Assembly: GCA_951406725.2 (NCBI GenBank)
Contig: OX597815.1
Span: 12,958,001 to 13,022,000, forward strand
Direction of reading: 5' to 3'
Source of the DNA: Octopus vulgaris
Lineage: Eukaryota
DNA: 64,000 nt
Shown here: piece by piece, positions 1 to 13,997 of the stretch
Layout of the letters: every line of letters starts with the position of its first letter
Numbering within the stretch: the stretch's first letter is position 1
Made by a program: the position numbers and the translations under genes
The notes under the pieces: generated by a model
Seen by the model: only the letters and a program-made list of their open reading frames with translations
Told to the model about the DNA's origin: nothing
Database searches by the model: none

Positions 1-415
1 AGAGATCACCAAGAAAAAACGGCCTTCTAATCGATGTATCAATATCAACCGATGGCAATGTCTTTCTAAAAGAAACTGACACACTCTCAATATACAAATA
101 TCTGAATGTAGAGTTAATTCGAATGTAGAGCCTAAAAAGAGGAACAATCCCTATAATAATGTGTGCATTAAATATGATAAATAAATTTTCAAACAAATAC
201 ATTATCAAAAGACCAGGAATTATGAACGTATATAACACAGAGAAAATTGCGCTACTAGGAACCTCATTCAGGCTACGTAAAGCACTGTCAAAACAGTGAA
301 AACAAGAGCACCGCAACAAACCACATCACATGACGTAGGCATTGAGAGCTGCGCTTGGTCGTACACTGAAAGCGGGTGATAAAAACAAGACTAACGAATA
401 ACACTAATAATAGCA
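1..415 (+). mobile_element. 3' end of decayed R4/Dong-like non-LTR retrotransposon (restriction-like endonuclease C-terminus plus 3' UTR)
   Basis: Manual translation LLIDVSISTDGNVFLKETDTLSIYKYL..RM*SLK..IPIIMCAL..EKIALLGTSFRLRKALSKQ* resembles the RLE tail (IDV.IP.D.N...KE.EK..KY..L; QK.ALLGT..ILR). Contains an in-frame stop and ends in short TAA repeats. Confidence 0.75.
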
Positions 416-422
416 ATCATTT

Positions 423-625
423 GTACCAAAAGTACAATGCCTGAAATGTGTGGTGACGGGATTAGCCGCTTACATCAAGGTTTCACTGGCTTTCAATTTA
501 TCCACCCCGAAAGGATAATGGACAAAGTCGTCATTGGTGGAATTTGAACTCAGAACGTAATGACAGACTAAATACCACTAAGCATTACGTACAGCGTAGA
601 AACAATTCTGCAACATCACTGACTC
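423..625 (-). mobile_element. Degenerate tRNA-derived SINE, family A
   Basis: CCCCGAAAGGAT...AAAGTCG...GGAATTTGAACTCAGAACGTAA matches better-preserved copies at 13998-14223 and 55865-56096. Confidence 0.75.
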
Positions 626-750
626 CAATATTAATAAAAATAATAATGCTGTTATATACCCATATATATATATATATATATATGTGTATGTAGTGTGTGT
701 GTGTGTGTGTGTGTGTTTGCGTGTGTGTGTGTGTGTAAATATAAGTATAA

Positions 751-867
<117 letters not shown>

Positions 868-882
868 AACGCCCACACATAC

Positions 883-931
<49 letters not shown>

Positions 932-1249
932 TGCGCAAGTGTGTGTGTGTGTAATTATAGTCTTATAGTAGTGAGTATGTAAATATTTAAGGCAAACCGC
1001 TTGCATTAATAAAAGAAAACATATACGCCTCTTCATTTTCATAGAGTTTAAAGAGTGAAATGTGATCACACCCATCTCATATATCATTTTGGAAAAAACA
1101 CATATAAACATTCACCGTGAGAAAGAGGAACGATATATTTGTAAAGACCTTTGCGTTACTTGTAACTATAACTCGTGAAAGTGTTCTGAAATTTTATTGA
1201 TATACTTCTGTGCAATTTTCTTGGCTACTTGCAAAATCTAACATTGTAC

Positions 1250-1359
<110 letters not shown>

Positions 1360-1489
1360 TTATGTATATATACATGCATATATCGGCAAAGGATATAAAA
1401 AAAACGGTGAACACAATGAGAAACGATACATAGAGCATAAGGAATATTCCCCTCCTTCAGTTGTCCTTGTTTCATCTACTCCGCGTTTC

Positions 1490-1536
<47 letters not shown>

Positions 1537-1720
1537 GTTATATAATTAGGGTTCTGTAAAAAACAATTACTTTAACACACACCGAGCTTTTAGAAATAGC
1601 AGCCAAAAAGTTTAGCTATTTCCTCTCCTATAAGAAAAGTCTTCCAGACAATGTATACTCAAAAATAATTCACGTAGGTATAGAGGGAAAATAAGGAAAG
1701 ATCACACGTACATCGATTAC

Positions 1721-1781
1721 TTGAGAACGCCGTTTCTGGATTAGGTGGATATAGAGATCAACATTTCCGTCATCAGCCCAA
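1721..1781 (-). ncRNA. Minimal type-I hammerhead ribozyme motif (degenerate)
   Basis: Minus strand reads ttggg CTGATGA cgga...tcca GAAAC GGC GTT ctcaa. Stem I ttggg/ctcaa pairs, stem II gga/tcc pairs, triplet GUU. Confidence 0.6.
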
Positions 1782-2149
1782 TTTTACCTTTTTATTATTG
1801 ACTATATATATATATCTATGTGTGTGTGTGTGTGTGTGTGTGCGTATGTATGTGTGTCTGTGTGTATACAGAAACAAAGAGCACTAGTTAGCTCCAGCAT
1901 CGCTAGAAATATGATTCATAACAAATGTTAGCCACGAGAAACACTGATCTTCTGACTGACAAGGGAGGCATGCTTCCATCAGCATCCGGTGTATAGTCAC
2001 ATCCCCAGTCATTTCCCATTTGATTAATGCTCGTCGGTGGCCCTTACTCTAGGCTTAAGCTACCTCGCTATGTCTCTACCGTAGAAGTCATACGCTGATT
2101 TCATAAATGGTCGTAGCTAAGAGTCGTTTCTACGGTAACTTCTATAAAC

Positions 2150-2480
2150 TGACAATGAGAGTTAGCGTATTGTGAGATTTGGAACAGCAATATGTCGCTA
2201 ATCTCAATTCTTTTAGATATGAGAAACACAGTAAATCCACATTAGCCGGTCATATCCATCATCTCAAAAATAGAAATATGCCCTACATTTTGACAAGGAC
2301 CATAACAGATTCAAGGGTTGGCATTCCACATATTAAAACACAACACCTCGACACTACTAAATAAATATAATGACTCCCTAAGTACATGAAAGCACCACTT
2401 TTTCATTCATTCAAATTCTACCTCAAATCCAAATGCATCCTAAATAACCACACAGAGTATATCTACACCACCCCTTAAGT
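2150..2480 (+). mobile_element. Penelope-like element relic, GIY-YIG endonuclease region
   Basis: ORF 2179-2364 EQQYVANLNSFRYEKHSKSTLAGHIHHLKNRNMPY resembles the PLE motif FKQRY.NH..SFR.EK....T.LS.HIW.LK.....Y.I.W. Confidence 0.6.
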
Positions 2481-2773
2481 ATTCCCGAACAAACCTACAT
2501 AAATTTCCTTTAACTCCATTTTAATTAAAAATTTATACTTGATAATTATATATCTTTAACTTTTTTTTTAACTCACCTGTCTTTTTAAGGATCTCAATCA
2601 TTTAAATCTTCTTACATGGACATACAAACGGATACATGTGCGTGTATGTAAGCGTGTGCAGGTATTTGTATGTATGCATATGTATGCAGGCATATGTATG
2701 TGTACATATATACATACATACGTACATACATATATACATACATACGTACATACATATATACATACATACGTAC

Positions 2774-2833
<60 letters not shown>

Positions 2834-3257
2834 ATATATATATACATATATATTATATATATGTGTGTGTGTGTGTATGTGTATGTATATGTACGTGCAT
2901 ATGTATATACAAAAGTATATGAATGAGCGTGAGTATGTGTATATATGCATACGTAAGTACCTGTATGCGCACGCAAATGCGCATACCTATATAAATACCT
3001 TCGAATGAGCAACACATAAACCACGGCTCCATATTTGAAATGACTAAACATGATCTACTGTTGGAAGTTACATAACATGTACAGGAAAGTTTTTTTCAAC
3101 AATTCTATACACCACTTTACTCGGATATTGGAACTGCGACTATATTTTATATTTATTTCTACTTTCATTCTCTTATTTCCTTTTATATTCCCTATTTGCT
3201 CCTTTTCCATAATAATTCGAACTCAAATATTTACTTCAATTTCCCCATCTCACATAC

Positions 3258-3303
3258 TCTCTAATGAAAGGATAACCATAATATCCCAGAAACAGCGGTA
3301 AGA
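3258..3303 (+). ncRNA. Minimal hammerhead motif (degenerate, G5>A)
   Basis: tct CTAATGA aaggata-accataa-tatccca GAAAC AGCG GTA aga. Stems I and II pair. Confidence 0.5.
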
Positions 3304-3524
3304 TTACATGTATATATTTTTCTTTATAAATGTCATCAAAACTCCTCACACCCTTGACTTTGTTGTCTCATTTTGTCGTATATATATATATATAATTAAA
3401 AATGAGGGTGTCTAAAATTTTTACCTTTGTACGGTATTTCTTTCATGCTGGCCACTTGATAATTTTGATACTTAAATATCGATATTATCCTCATATATAA
3501 ATTTATATGTATATATATATATAT

Positions 3525-3730
3525 ATATGGTATTTTGATATAAGTTTAACGCTTATTACAATCACCGTCAATTACTTCACAAAATAGTCTAATAAAGTGA
3601 CATATAAGCGTTTCCGCATGGGGAAGCCTTCTTTTTCTGTCGAGGGCTTATATGCTCTTTATTAGAATATTTCCCTTAGTAATTGCACGGTGATTGCCAT
3701 AAGCTTTCAGCTTATATAAAAATACCATAT
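3525..3730. repeat. Fold-back (inverted repeat) element between (TA)n tracts
   Basis: atggtattttgatataag...caatcaccgtcaattact...ctaataaag..catataagc is mirrored by gcttatatgctctttattag...agtaattgcacggtgattg...cttatataaaaataccat. Confidence 0.8.
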
Positions 3731-3978
3731 ATATATATATATATTTACAGATAGTTACATAGATAGTGAGGTATGCTTATATTAATTCATACTTATGCAT
3801 AAATATGTATATATATGTGTGTGTGTGATGTATGTATATACAAGTTGCGATTCTGTACATAGTAGAACATGTTAACTAAGTAGGAAAGATGTTGTATCTA
3901 TAAATATCAATTACGTTTCTAATGTGTGTATAACAGTTCGTTGAACCTAAACAAAATACAAATCATTTAAGCAATCGT

Positions 3979-4011
<33 letters not shown>

Positions 4012-4509
4012 CATAAAATAAACGTGTGTACGTTTGTGGGGGGAGGCTGTGTGTGTGCGCGGGCGCGTGTGCTTGTTTGTTCAGTAGAACGAAACTGCGT
4101 TAAGCAATCGGCTTCGTATATAATAGTTCCTTATATATTCAAGCAGTCTTTGAATATTGCATTACATAGATATTCTACTAAATAAATTGCTTTTATTTGG
4201 AAATCTGGAAAGATATTATTCCACAATATTGTTGAACGTTGTCAAATCTTTAATTATATAGAAGTTTACGGTGTGAAAATATTTTCATGTTTTGTTAATG
4301 CCTTGTTATCGAAGAAGTCATCTTGAATAAATTTATAGGAGATTGTAGATTTACACTCGATTGCTTATACGCTATTTCTGTCCTGAAGCTGATGATACTA
4401 GAAATGTACACATCCGATAGATGTACTTTTAGGAGATTTCTATACACTGGCCCAACAGTATGACAGCAATCAAACAACTGAAACAAGTAACAGAAATAAA
4501 GAACATATA

Positions 4510-4574
<65 letters not shown>

Positions 4575-4598
4575 TATATATAAATATATATGTATGTA

Positions 4599-4630
<32 letters not shown>

Positions 4631-4635
4631 TGTGT

Positions 4636-4925
4636 GGATGCACAATGGCCCAACGTTTAGTGCAGCGGGCTTGCCGTTGTAGGATCGATGTTTCGATTCC
4701 CAGACCGGGCGTTGTGAGTGTTTATTGAGCGAAAACAACTAAAGCTCCAGCGGGTGGTGGCAATCCCTGCTGCACTCTTTCGCCACACATTTCTCTCACT
4801 CTTTCTTCTTGTGGCCTGCTCGTTTAGCCAGCGAGGTGGCGTCATTTGAAAGTAAAAACAATGCGAAGCACATTGTGACCAGCGATGCGTAGCAATATTT
4901 GATAGCCTGCTTGGTCACGGTGATA
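4636..4925 (+). mobile_element. tRNA-derived SINE, family C (tail type 1)
   Basis: tRNA-like head (CAATGGCCC..TTAG; GTTTCGATTCCC). Same body and tail as 42028-42329. Confidence 0.85.
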
Positions 4926-4961
<36 letters not shown>

Positions 4962-5160
4962 TGTATGTATGTATGTATGTATGTATGTGTATATGTATGT
5001 AACTACATGGAAATTCCGTCATATCATAATGCTAATTAATGGCTGTTTGCAATGGAAAACATTTTGTAAACAGAGTTATAAGTGGCACGTGTTTCGGTAA
5101 GCTACAGAAAATAAATGAAAGGATTCGCTAACGCAGAGGAGCGGTATAGCATAAAGTAAA

Positions 5161-5365
5161 GGGTAAATACCATTTAGAAGACGGGGAAAAGTTGCCATCA
5201 AACATCTACAAGGAATCGAACCTGGTGTCCCCACGAATTCCGGTTGAGTGCTCTAACCATTTAACCGAGACACTCTTGACGAGAAATTCTGTCTAGTTGC
5301 AGGGTTCGATTTCTTGTGGAGGTTTTGGTAGCCACTTTTTCCCGTCTTCTGAAAGGTGTTTACCC
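5161..5365. repeat. Inverted repeat with tRNA-like core
   Basis: Arm 5161-5224 is reverse-complementary to 5300-5365. Both carry a B-box-like GGTTCGATTYC, and the spacer has a minus-strand GGTTAGAGCA. Confidence 0.7.
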
Positions 5366-5530
5366 GATTCTATAACCTGTCGTCACAACCTTCCTGAATT
5401 CGAGAATTCCTTTATTTTCTTTAGATTACTGACTCATGCGGCACTTTAGAGTTTGCTTGCCTAATTTTCATGACGTCAACAATATACCTAAATTCATACA
5501 TACTTATATACACATTCACAGAAAAACATT

Positions 5531-5804
<274 letters not shown>

Positions 5805-7379
5805 TAGAGTCAAAAACTCCACGGAGTTAGTGTCAGAAAAATTAAATGAAGACCAACTGTGCTATCGCAGCATAAATTACTGGCCATGGATATATGCTTA
5901 AGTCTGTGGAACAGTACCGGTGACAAACGTCTATACGAATGCATCATACTGTCTCCCAAACGATCCTTCTTACAACAATGATACAAAAGCTTAGATGGTA
6001 TCCTTTACAACCAAACCCCGCCTTCGTGACGCTAACATTAAAACCTCACAGTCAGTTTATTGGTCATTTCAGAAAAAATAGGCAATTATTCAAAAATCCC
6101 TCTAGCGTCAAGTTGATCCTTCAAAATTCCTGGTTCAAATAAATGAAGAAGAACAGAGGTGCTGTGAAACATTGTGCAGGCATTTTACAGAAATGTATAG
6201 CCTTGTTCTATAAGCGTATATTTAATCGGTTAAATAAATTTCGTTATATAAATAAACATTCTTTGCCGAAAAACACTGGATATTTTATTTGACTCCTGTT
6301 TTTTTTTATAAAATATTGTAAAAACAAATACCGCTTTTCATATTTTCATAAATCAAGATAGAGTAAACAAGTTTTATTAAATATGAAAATTAAAACCAGA
6401 TTGGATGAATATTATTAATAATCATAGAGAGCCTACACACTCTTTCTTCCGATCTCCCTCTCACACGAACACATACATATTCTCCCCTACTATAATGTGC
6501 TTACGCAGTTAGTAACACACATGTTTTAGTACATGCATGCACACGGTCTCACTATAACAGGATAGTCTCATTACTATATACTAAATACTTCCAATTTATT
6601 GTGGGTTCCGTTTTATTTAATTTTTTTTTTATATATTAATTACAATATTGGTCGAATTTTTATTTTGATCGTTTAAATGAAAATAAGTGTTAAAAATAAG
6701 AAAATTTACAGGAACATTCATAAACCTGTTTACAATAATAATATTTGCTTATTAAATTAAATGCAGGATAAAACATTAATGATAGGAGCACAATCAAATA
6801 ACAAGATCCATAATAACTTGTGTGTAATAATTATTTAATCTGTGTCGGAAGGATGAAAAGGGAAGAAAAAACCGACCTTCGACAACTTTTATATTAATAA
6901 AGTATATTATTGACGTATCTTTCAATAAACGCAATAATTATAAAGAAGATGTTAATATTTAACTTCCATTACCATAGTTGAAGGTAACCATTCTTTCTGA
7001 TAATGTTCTCACTATGCAATCTTCGTTTAGTGTTTAGGAATGGAGGTTGTAATCTCTCTGTAAGAATGCTTTGTTTTAAATTGCCTTAGTGATGAGTAAT
7101 GTTATACTATTTGGAAATTCAATATAACAATTTGAAATATTTTCCGTAGGCTTTATGCTGTTAAAAATTCCATCTCATTCCATTCTAGGCACTTGTTTTC
7201 CATGTCGCTTGTATTTCTTTTATAAAAAAATTATTTGAATTTTGTTATTCCTGTGAAGTTTATTTCATCCGAGTGTGCAAAATATAGCACCTAGCAGTTC
7301 ATCCCTTGCATCGTCATTAGATAAGTCAGGTTCCTCATAACACGCTGTTTTATTATTACAGGCAACGCGCACCACATAT

Positions 7380-7810
7380 TTTAAGAGCTACATTGTTATT
7401 TTATCCATTTGGTTTAGCCTGTTTCTCCTCTTCAGCCTCTGCCTATCCAGCTTATAAATGATAGGTATATTGCTGCTATGATTGGTTACATTCTTGTCAT
7501 CAGGTCCCCAGTGCCATCGTCGATGCTATTGGGAACTCATCATGCTTTATCTGGTCCTCGCAAGGCGATAGGCCATTTGAAACTCATAAGATGTTCCGCA
7601 TAGTGAAAAAGTGCAACTTCAATTATCCTCTATCTGTTGTGTTTGATGCCGTTCTGCGAAGAGCAACATTCATAATTTGTTATCGTTATTTTGGATTTTC
7701 TGGGCAGGAATGTTTGAGGTGCATGTTCTTTCGACTTATACAAAAGGTTTGTTAGCTTAGATGACAATTTTTTTAGACCTTATCCCAGCAATTTCTACAT
7801 GACACAGATT
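7380..7810 (-). mobile_element. Possible old RTE-like LINE 3' fragment
   Basis: Weak minus-strand resemblance to the RTE C-terminal CLR.IL.I.W...ITN.EL..RT region. Heavily decayed. Confidence 0.3.
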
Positions 7811-7930
7811 TGATATGGCTTTGTGATCTTGCAGGCTCAAACGAACATCTGATTCCTACAAGTTGACTTGCAGTCAAACAGTACTTCAGCTCTTAACACA
7901 CACGCACACACACACACACACATATATATA

Positions 7931-8029
7931 TAATAGTTATCGCCATACTAATATGGCAGTCTTATAAATATAAGACAGCTTTAGCCTTATATTTATAAGA
8001 TTGCCATATTAGTATGGCGATAACTATTA
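7931..8029. repeat. Near-perfect ~100 bp palindrome next to (CA)n(TA)n
   Basis: taatagttatcgccatactaatatggcagtcttataaatataag / cttatatttataagattgccatattagtatggcgataactatta. Confidence 0.92.
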
Positions 8030-8815
8030 ATTTTTATATATAATGTTCTAGGCAAATCATTAATATGCTTTCGACGATTCAAGATTATTGTTCATATCTA
8101 TTGATATCATGCTCTTAACAGAAAAAAACACACCAGCAAAGCTTTTTGCACCTCACCTATGTCGTATATATAAGCGGTGCGATATGTGCACGGCGAATGA
8201 GTTTTTTTTGTTTTATTAAACAAGATTTCAGTTCGATGTAATTACATTATATATGTCTCTTGTTAATCAGCCTATATTATTCATATTTTACATATCAGTT
8301 TAAATCATTATGTTGTTTTCTTGTTCCTTATCTTAGTGAAATATAATCTCTTGCATATTTTCAGTTTTCATCTTAAGGGCTTACTGAGAAATGTGTAAGG
8401 CCAGTGTTTTCATCGGGGACGTGAAAAACTGGAAATGTTTTTAATGATAATATACACTCGCCTTATAATCCATTTCAGTAAACACTTTAAAAGGAGAATG
8501 CAGTATCTCCAAAGTTACACCTATGCAAGCACATTTGACACAAATGTATGTTCTTTGCTGGGTTTCGTTGTTGATATGCGAATAATCTAGAAATTAATTA
8601 AGCATTGATGAAACAAAATAATTAATAAGAATTAGAAACAATTTATAAAAGAAATAAACACACACACTGTTCTAAAAGTAAGAAAATGATAACTAGAGGC
8701 AAAGTAGAAGACTTATACAACAGAAAAAGTAGGCATAACGATCGACATAAAAGGGTAACATTCATAAGTAATATACGTTATGTTCCTTTGTTTCTATATG
8801 TGTGCATATACATAC

Positions 8816-8898
<83 letters not shown>

Positions 8899-9062
8899 TG
8901 TATACATATAGTATAGATACTGTGGACAATAAAATTAGAAACTCAGAGAATAATGTTTTAGAGAATAATGTATAAGCGAAATGCATTACGGGAGTAAGAA
9001 CACGATTTATATTAAAATGTTCTCCAAAGAGAGAAACGAGTAAAATATATGTATGACATATA

Positions 9063-9143
<81 letters not shown>

Positions 9144-9192
9144 GTGTGTGTGTGTATCAAATGAAATAAAAAACAGAACACAAAGGATGTCG

Positions 9193-9282
9193 CGGTACAC
9201 GTGTTTCGAGCTTTATAAAGCAACTTATTCTTACATCATTGTATAATCGACATAACAGATAGTTTAAAGCCCTCTTCAGCCG
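9193..9282 (-). ncRNA. Hammerhead ribozyme motif, intact core, long stem II
   Basis: Minus strand reads cgg CTGAAGA gggcttta...taaagctc GAAAC ACGT GTA ccg. All three stems pair; loop III is the palindrome ACGT. Confidence 0.78.
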
Positions 9283-9554
9283 TATGCAATTACTACACCA
9301 AAGACTTGTATCACATTATGAAGACACCGAAAAAGAACATTTGGTATTATTTATAATGGTAGGTATATTGAGTTTCAATGAGAAACTCAAAATACCTACT
9401 TGAGTATGAAGATTTACAAACACCTGTTTGATTATGAAGATTTACAAAAATACTTTCTCAGTGAAACTCAATATACCTACCATTATAAATAATACCAAAT
9501 GTTCTTTTTCGGGATCTTTATAATGTGATACAATCTTTGGTGTAGTAATTGCAT

Positions 9555-9646
9555 GTGGCTGAAGAAGGCTTTAAACTATCTGTTATATCGATTATACATT
9601 GATGTAAGAATAAGTTGTTTGATAAAGCTCAAAACACGTGTACCGC
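9555..9646 (+). ncRNA. Hammerhead motif, mirror copy with G12>A
   Basis: gtgg CTGAAGA aggcttta...taaagctc AAAAC ACGT GTA ccgc. Confidence 0.6.
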
Positions 9647-9756
9647 GACATCTTTTGTGTTCTGTTTTTTATTTCATTTGATACATATATCATCTCACCT
9701 CTGCTACTAGCTGTTATATACATGTGCTTATACTTATCAAGTATTCACCCTGAATT

Positions 9757-9876
<120 letters not shown>

Positions 9877-10319
9877 CTATGTATGTATCTACGTATGTAT
9901 GCATGTAAGTATGTATGAGTCAGCGACTTTTGAAGAGGTTGCAAGACGCAACGAAAATTTTACAAAAATGTAAACATGTAAATGAGTGGAAATCGAACCA
10001 GTGATTTGTAATACGGCATTAAAAGAGAATGATTCTCCCCAGACACAATATTATATGTGTGTATGTGTGTGTGTATGTGTGTGTGAGTGTATGCGTGTGT
10101 ATTATAGTGGAATAATTACTATGAATTATTGTGTAGAATATATTGTATAACGGACCGTGGATAAGGCCTAAACAATGCGAGGTAAATGCAATGTAAAACA
10201 TAAGAAAACAAATAAGTGAACTAATGTAGACTTACTTTGTAGTCGATATTTTGGGATTATGACACCATTTTCAAGAAATAAACGAATGTTATCGATGTGC
10301 GTCCAAGGCATGACCGTGA

Positions 10320-10379
<60 letters not shown>

Positions 10380-10380
10380 G

Positions 10381-11160
10381 CTCTGGTGATAAAGGAGGGA
10401 GCCGAGCAGATGCTAAAAACTACAGGCCCATCCCTCTCACCGCATGTGTTAGTAAGACAATGGAACGCATTTTCAGGAAAAGGTTGATCATGTTCCTAGA
10501 AGAAAACAGCCTTCTCACAAACATGCAACGTGATTTCCATCCAGGTTAGAGCTGCCTCATACAGCTGATGCAGCTTTTTCACTGGATACTGAGAAAACGG
10601 GAGAGTGGTTGCTTGGTTTTCTGAAGAGCAGGAGTCAGACAGTTGTAACCTCTATTGCTCACTCTGAAGGGATACCAATTCTCAGCGGAGTCTCTCAGGG
10701 AACTGTACCGGAGCTACTACTATTTGTGGTGGCTCTCTCAGACATGCCCTCCGTGGTACAGTCACTCAATCTGACCAGTTATGCTGACGACACAAACTAT
10801 CACAGGCAGTTAGAAACCGAGAGGACAACATAAAACTGCAGGAAGACCTAAACAAAATATACAAATGGACTAAAAAAAATAACATGCAGTTTAATGCCAT
10901 GAAATTTCAGGCACTCCACTATCGGTACAACACCAGGCTAAAATCGGAATACACTGGACCAGAAGGCAATACGGTCCAAGAGTCAGAGTCGGTGCGTGAT
11001 CTGGAGGGTGTCACAAGAAAAATGATGCAATATTCCAAGTGCATATTACCAATATGACAACACTGTGCAGGTGAGTGACTGCATGGATTCTGAGGACATT
11101 CGGAATCTGCTACTCCTATGGAGGACTTTCGTTCACAGCCGCCTGAACTACTGCTCCCAA
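10381..11160 (+). mobile_element. Decayed CR1/L2-group LINE reverse transcriptase fragment
   Basis: KGGSRADAKNYRPIPLTACVSKTMERI..., SGVSQGTV..LLFVV.LSDMP...SYADDT. Contains stops and deletions. Confidence 0.88.
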
Positions 11161-12057
11161 CTATGAAAATGTGTACACAACAAAAATAATAGAGTGCATA
11201 TGCGGGTACCATAGAGATATTCAGGCTAGTATAAGACTAACTGTACGCGACTGACTATATCAATAGCCTTGAGGCTAATCCCGGAATGCAAATTGTACTA
11301 GATATATTGTCAATAATATACTTGAGAAGTACGCAAGCAACAAATTCTGCTTAATAATAAATATAAACATATGGATAACGGGTCAATTCATTACAGTGAT
11401 TTCCACCGAATTTTTAATTGATTAATGAAAATATTACAGCATTAGAAAAATAAGTTTTCATCTGGTGAAAATATGCACTACAATATTCAAAATCATTCAA
11501 AAGCCAACGGAATGATTCTATGAATGTCACTGGTCATAGAATGAATTCGTTCAGTTTGGTTGTATCATATTAACACATAAATATAATATAATACATATAT
11601 ATACATACACACACATAGACACACACTTACAATCACGCATACATTCACATACATATGCCATATATGTGCGTGTATGAAAACACATATGTAAAAAAAAAAC
11701 ATATTTTCAAAGATCATTTTAAAAATTACAATATTTTAATGATATATATACACTTTTCAGATGTATTATATATTATGTTACCTCCTCTAAACTAAAATAT
11801 TAGCTCAGTAATGCCTGTAAAAATAGTAATCATATAAATATAGACTTACATCAAACATAATGTTGTTATTTTTTACAATAACATTCACAAACCAAGTAAA
11901 ATTGTATTTTGCTGTTATTTTTTATTTTTACTCTATGTGAAAATTGCCTGTCATCTTTGCAAATTAACAGAGCATGCCATACAGTAAAATCGTGCATTTA
12001 GATATCATATTTGTTTACCTTAACACACGTTCACGGCCATTACTATTTTTACAAACT

Positions 12058-12090
<33 letters not shown>

Positions 12091-12839
12091 ACATGTGCAG
12101 GTTTATTGTTTTTATGTTTCATTTCATTTCATTTTATTAATTCACTTCGTTTATTTAACATATTTTTTACTTTATTTTTCTGACGCTGCTTTTCATTTTG
12201 AAATTTCTTTTCTAAAGATTTCACTCGGTAAAATGTTGCAAAGCAAAAATTATGTAAATGACATTTTTAATTGTATGTACGCCACTTGTGGCATACCAAT
12301 GTCATGCTCGGTATGGAAAGAAAAGACGGGAAAACACTGAAGAAGGAGAAAAAAAAGGAAGTCAAGAAACTCACTCAAACAAATGAGTTAACTTTATAAT
12401 AAACAATTTATATGCAATGTCATATAAAAAGCAATTCCCATACCTTCATGTTGCGTGCTAAAGTGTAACTAATAAAATAGGTTTGTATTCTAAACAAAAC
12501 TTTACAATCAATAATTCTTTAAACGGACCTTTGAAGAATATTGCGGTTGTGAGAAATTACTTTCTTTTGCTCCAGTATTTTTCTTGTTGTAGCTATTCTT
12601 GTTGTCGTATGCTATATAGTTACCATTGTTGTAGCAGTTGTAGATGTTATTATAGCTGTTGTCTTTGATGGTTATGGTTAGATTTTTGCTGTTGATGTTG
12701 CTTTAGTAACCATCAGAATGTAAAATACGTTATAGATTTCCATTCCATTTTAAGCGTGAAATTTCTAGTGAAGTTGAAAATTAACTTATATGTCACGTGA
12801 ATCCATAAGAAAAAAAAGTTGAAAGTCCCATCATATATA

Positions 12840-13205
12840 GCTAGTCCATCCCCTCCTCACCGTGGTGGGGACGCTGGCAACGGGTAGTGTCAGAGCTATG
12901 CCGTCGGGAACTTCGGTTCCTGGTAGGGCCACCCAAGGCAGATTGGTCTTACACCGAGTGGTATTAGGGCCACAACCCGGCAGATGGGGCTCTGGTGAAA
13001 ATCCTCGGAGTGTCTGTTTCGGCAACTATCGGTTCCTCGGTCGTTCTGTCTCTGCGTCTGCGGAAAATCTGCGACAGACAGGATGTCTCCACATGTGGGA
13101 TTGTTAGGGACCGCTTGTGAAATCCACATGTTCCCACGAAACTTCTTGAGTGGAAGAAGCCGACTCAACCCGCCCAGGGTGAATGTCGCCACAAGTACAA
13201 GTAAG
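12840..13205 (+). mobile_element. GC-rich island resembling an RTE-clade LINE 5' UTR
   Basis: GAGCTATGCCG..CCTGGTAGGGCCACCCAAGGCAGATTGGTC resembles recalled RTE 5' leaders. No downstream ORF. Confidence 0.45.
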
Positions 13206-13997
13206 TACATTTCATCGCATCACCTCCATTCTCTTCCTCCTAATTTACACTAATATCATCGTCGCCGTCGTCGTTAGTGTCGATATCCTCTGCCTTCTCC
13301 TCCTCATTCCAACCCTCATCATGATACTCATCATTGTCATCAACGCACCAAAATCACGTAAATACTAATCCTCATCACCCTCGCATTCTTATTCTCTATC
13401 AACGTCGATATCATTATTGTCAAGAAGTAGTGATGAAGTGAAGTTGATCGGATAGGAAACTGGACAGCAAGCTGGAATAGACAGTCAGTGAATATACCGT
13501 ACCTGACGTCTTAAGGGCGAGAACGGTTCTTGACTATTTCTTGAATGCGAAGCATGGGCCCTCCACATTAGAGCCAGGATTCGTGTGATAAAAGATTGGG
13601 ACACTAAAACGATTCATTGGGATCAAATGACAAAATACATGCGTGGTTAATAAACCACTATTCGCTCTTACACTTAGCAGGATGGGCACGGATCTAATAA
13701 AATGTGTGAAGAGTTCTAGTAGCGATTTGCTCAAATGGTAACGGTAGAATGAATACTGAGGTGGACTTTTCTGCCTATAATGAGTGCATTTGCTACGATC
13801 GATAGAAGTAAAGGTGTGCTGTGAAAAGCCGATAGTAGCAAGAAAGGTACAAGATGCAAGCAAGTATGATGGTACGAGGGAAAAGTTCCTTACATCTATA
13901 TATATACCACAACCCTATTTATATGTGTGTGTGTGTGTGTATGTATGTGTGTGTGTGTCTGTGTCTGTGTCTGTGTCTGTGTACGTATATATATATA

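Larger units (their letters stand above)
9153..9685. mobile_element. Fold-back element with two divergent hammerhead-bearing arms (Penelope pLTR-like)
   Basis: Arms 9153-9385 and 9454-9685 are ~230 bp inverted copies. Each contains a hammerhead motif, and the element is flanked by TA/TG microsatellite. Confidence 0.85.

Noticed and set aside
1400-1490. Minus-strand GAAACGCGG...CTGAAGGAGGGG as a permuted hammerhead
   Set aside because: The motif order and stems are inconsistent. It is probably a truncated repeat fragment.
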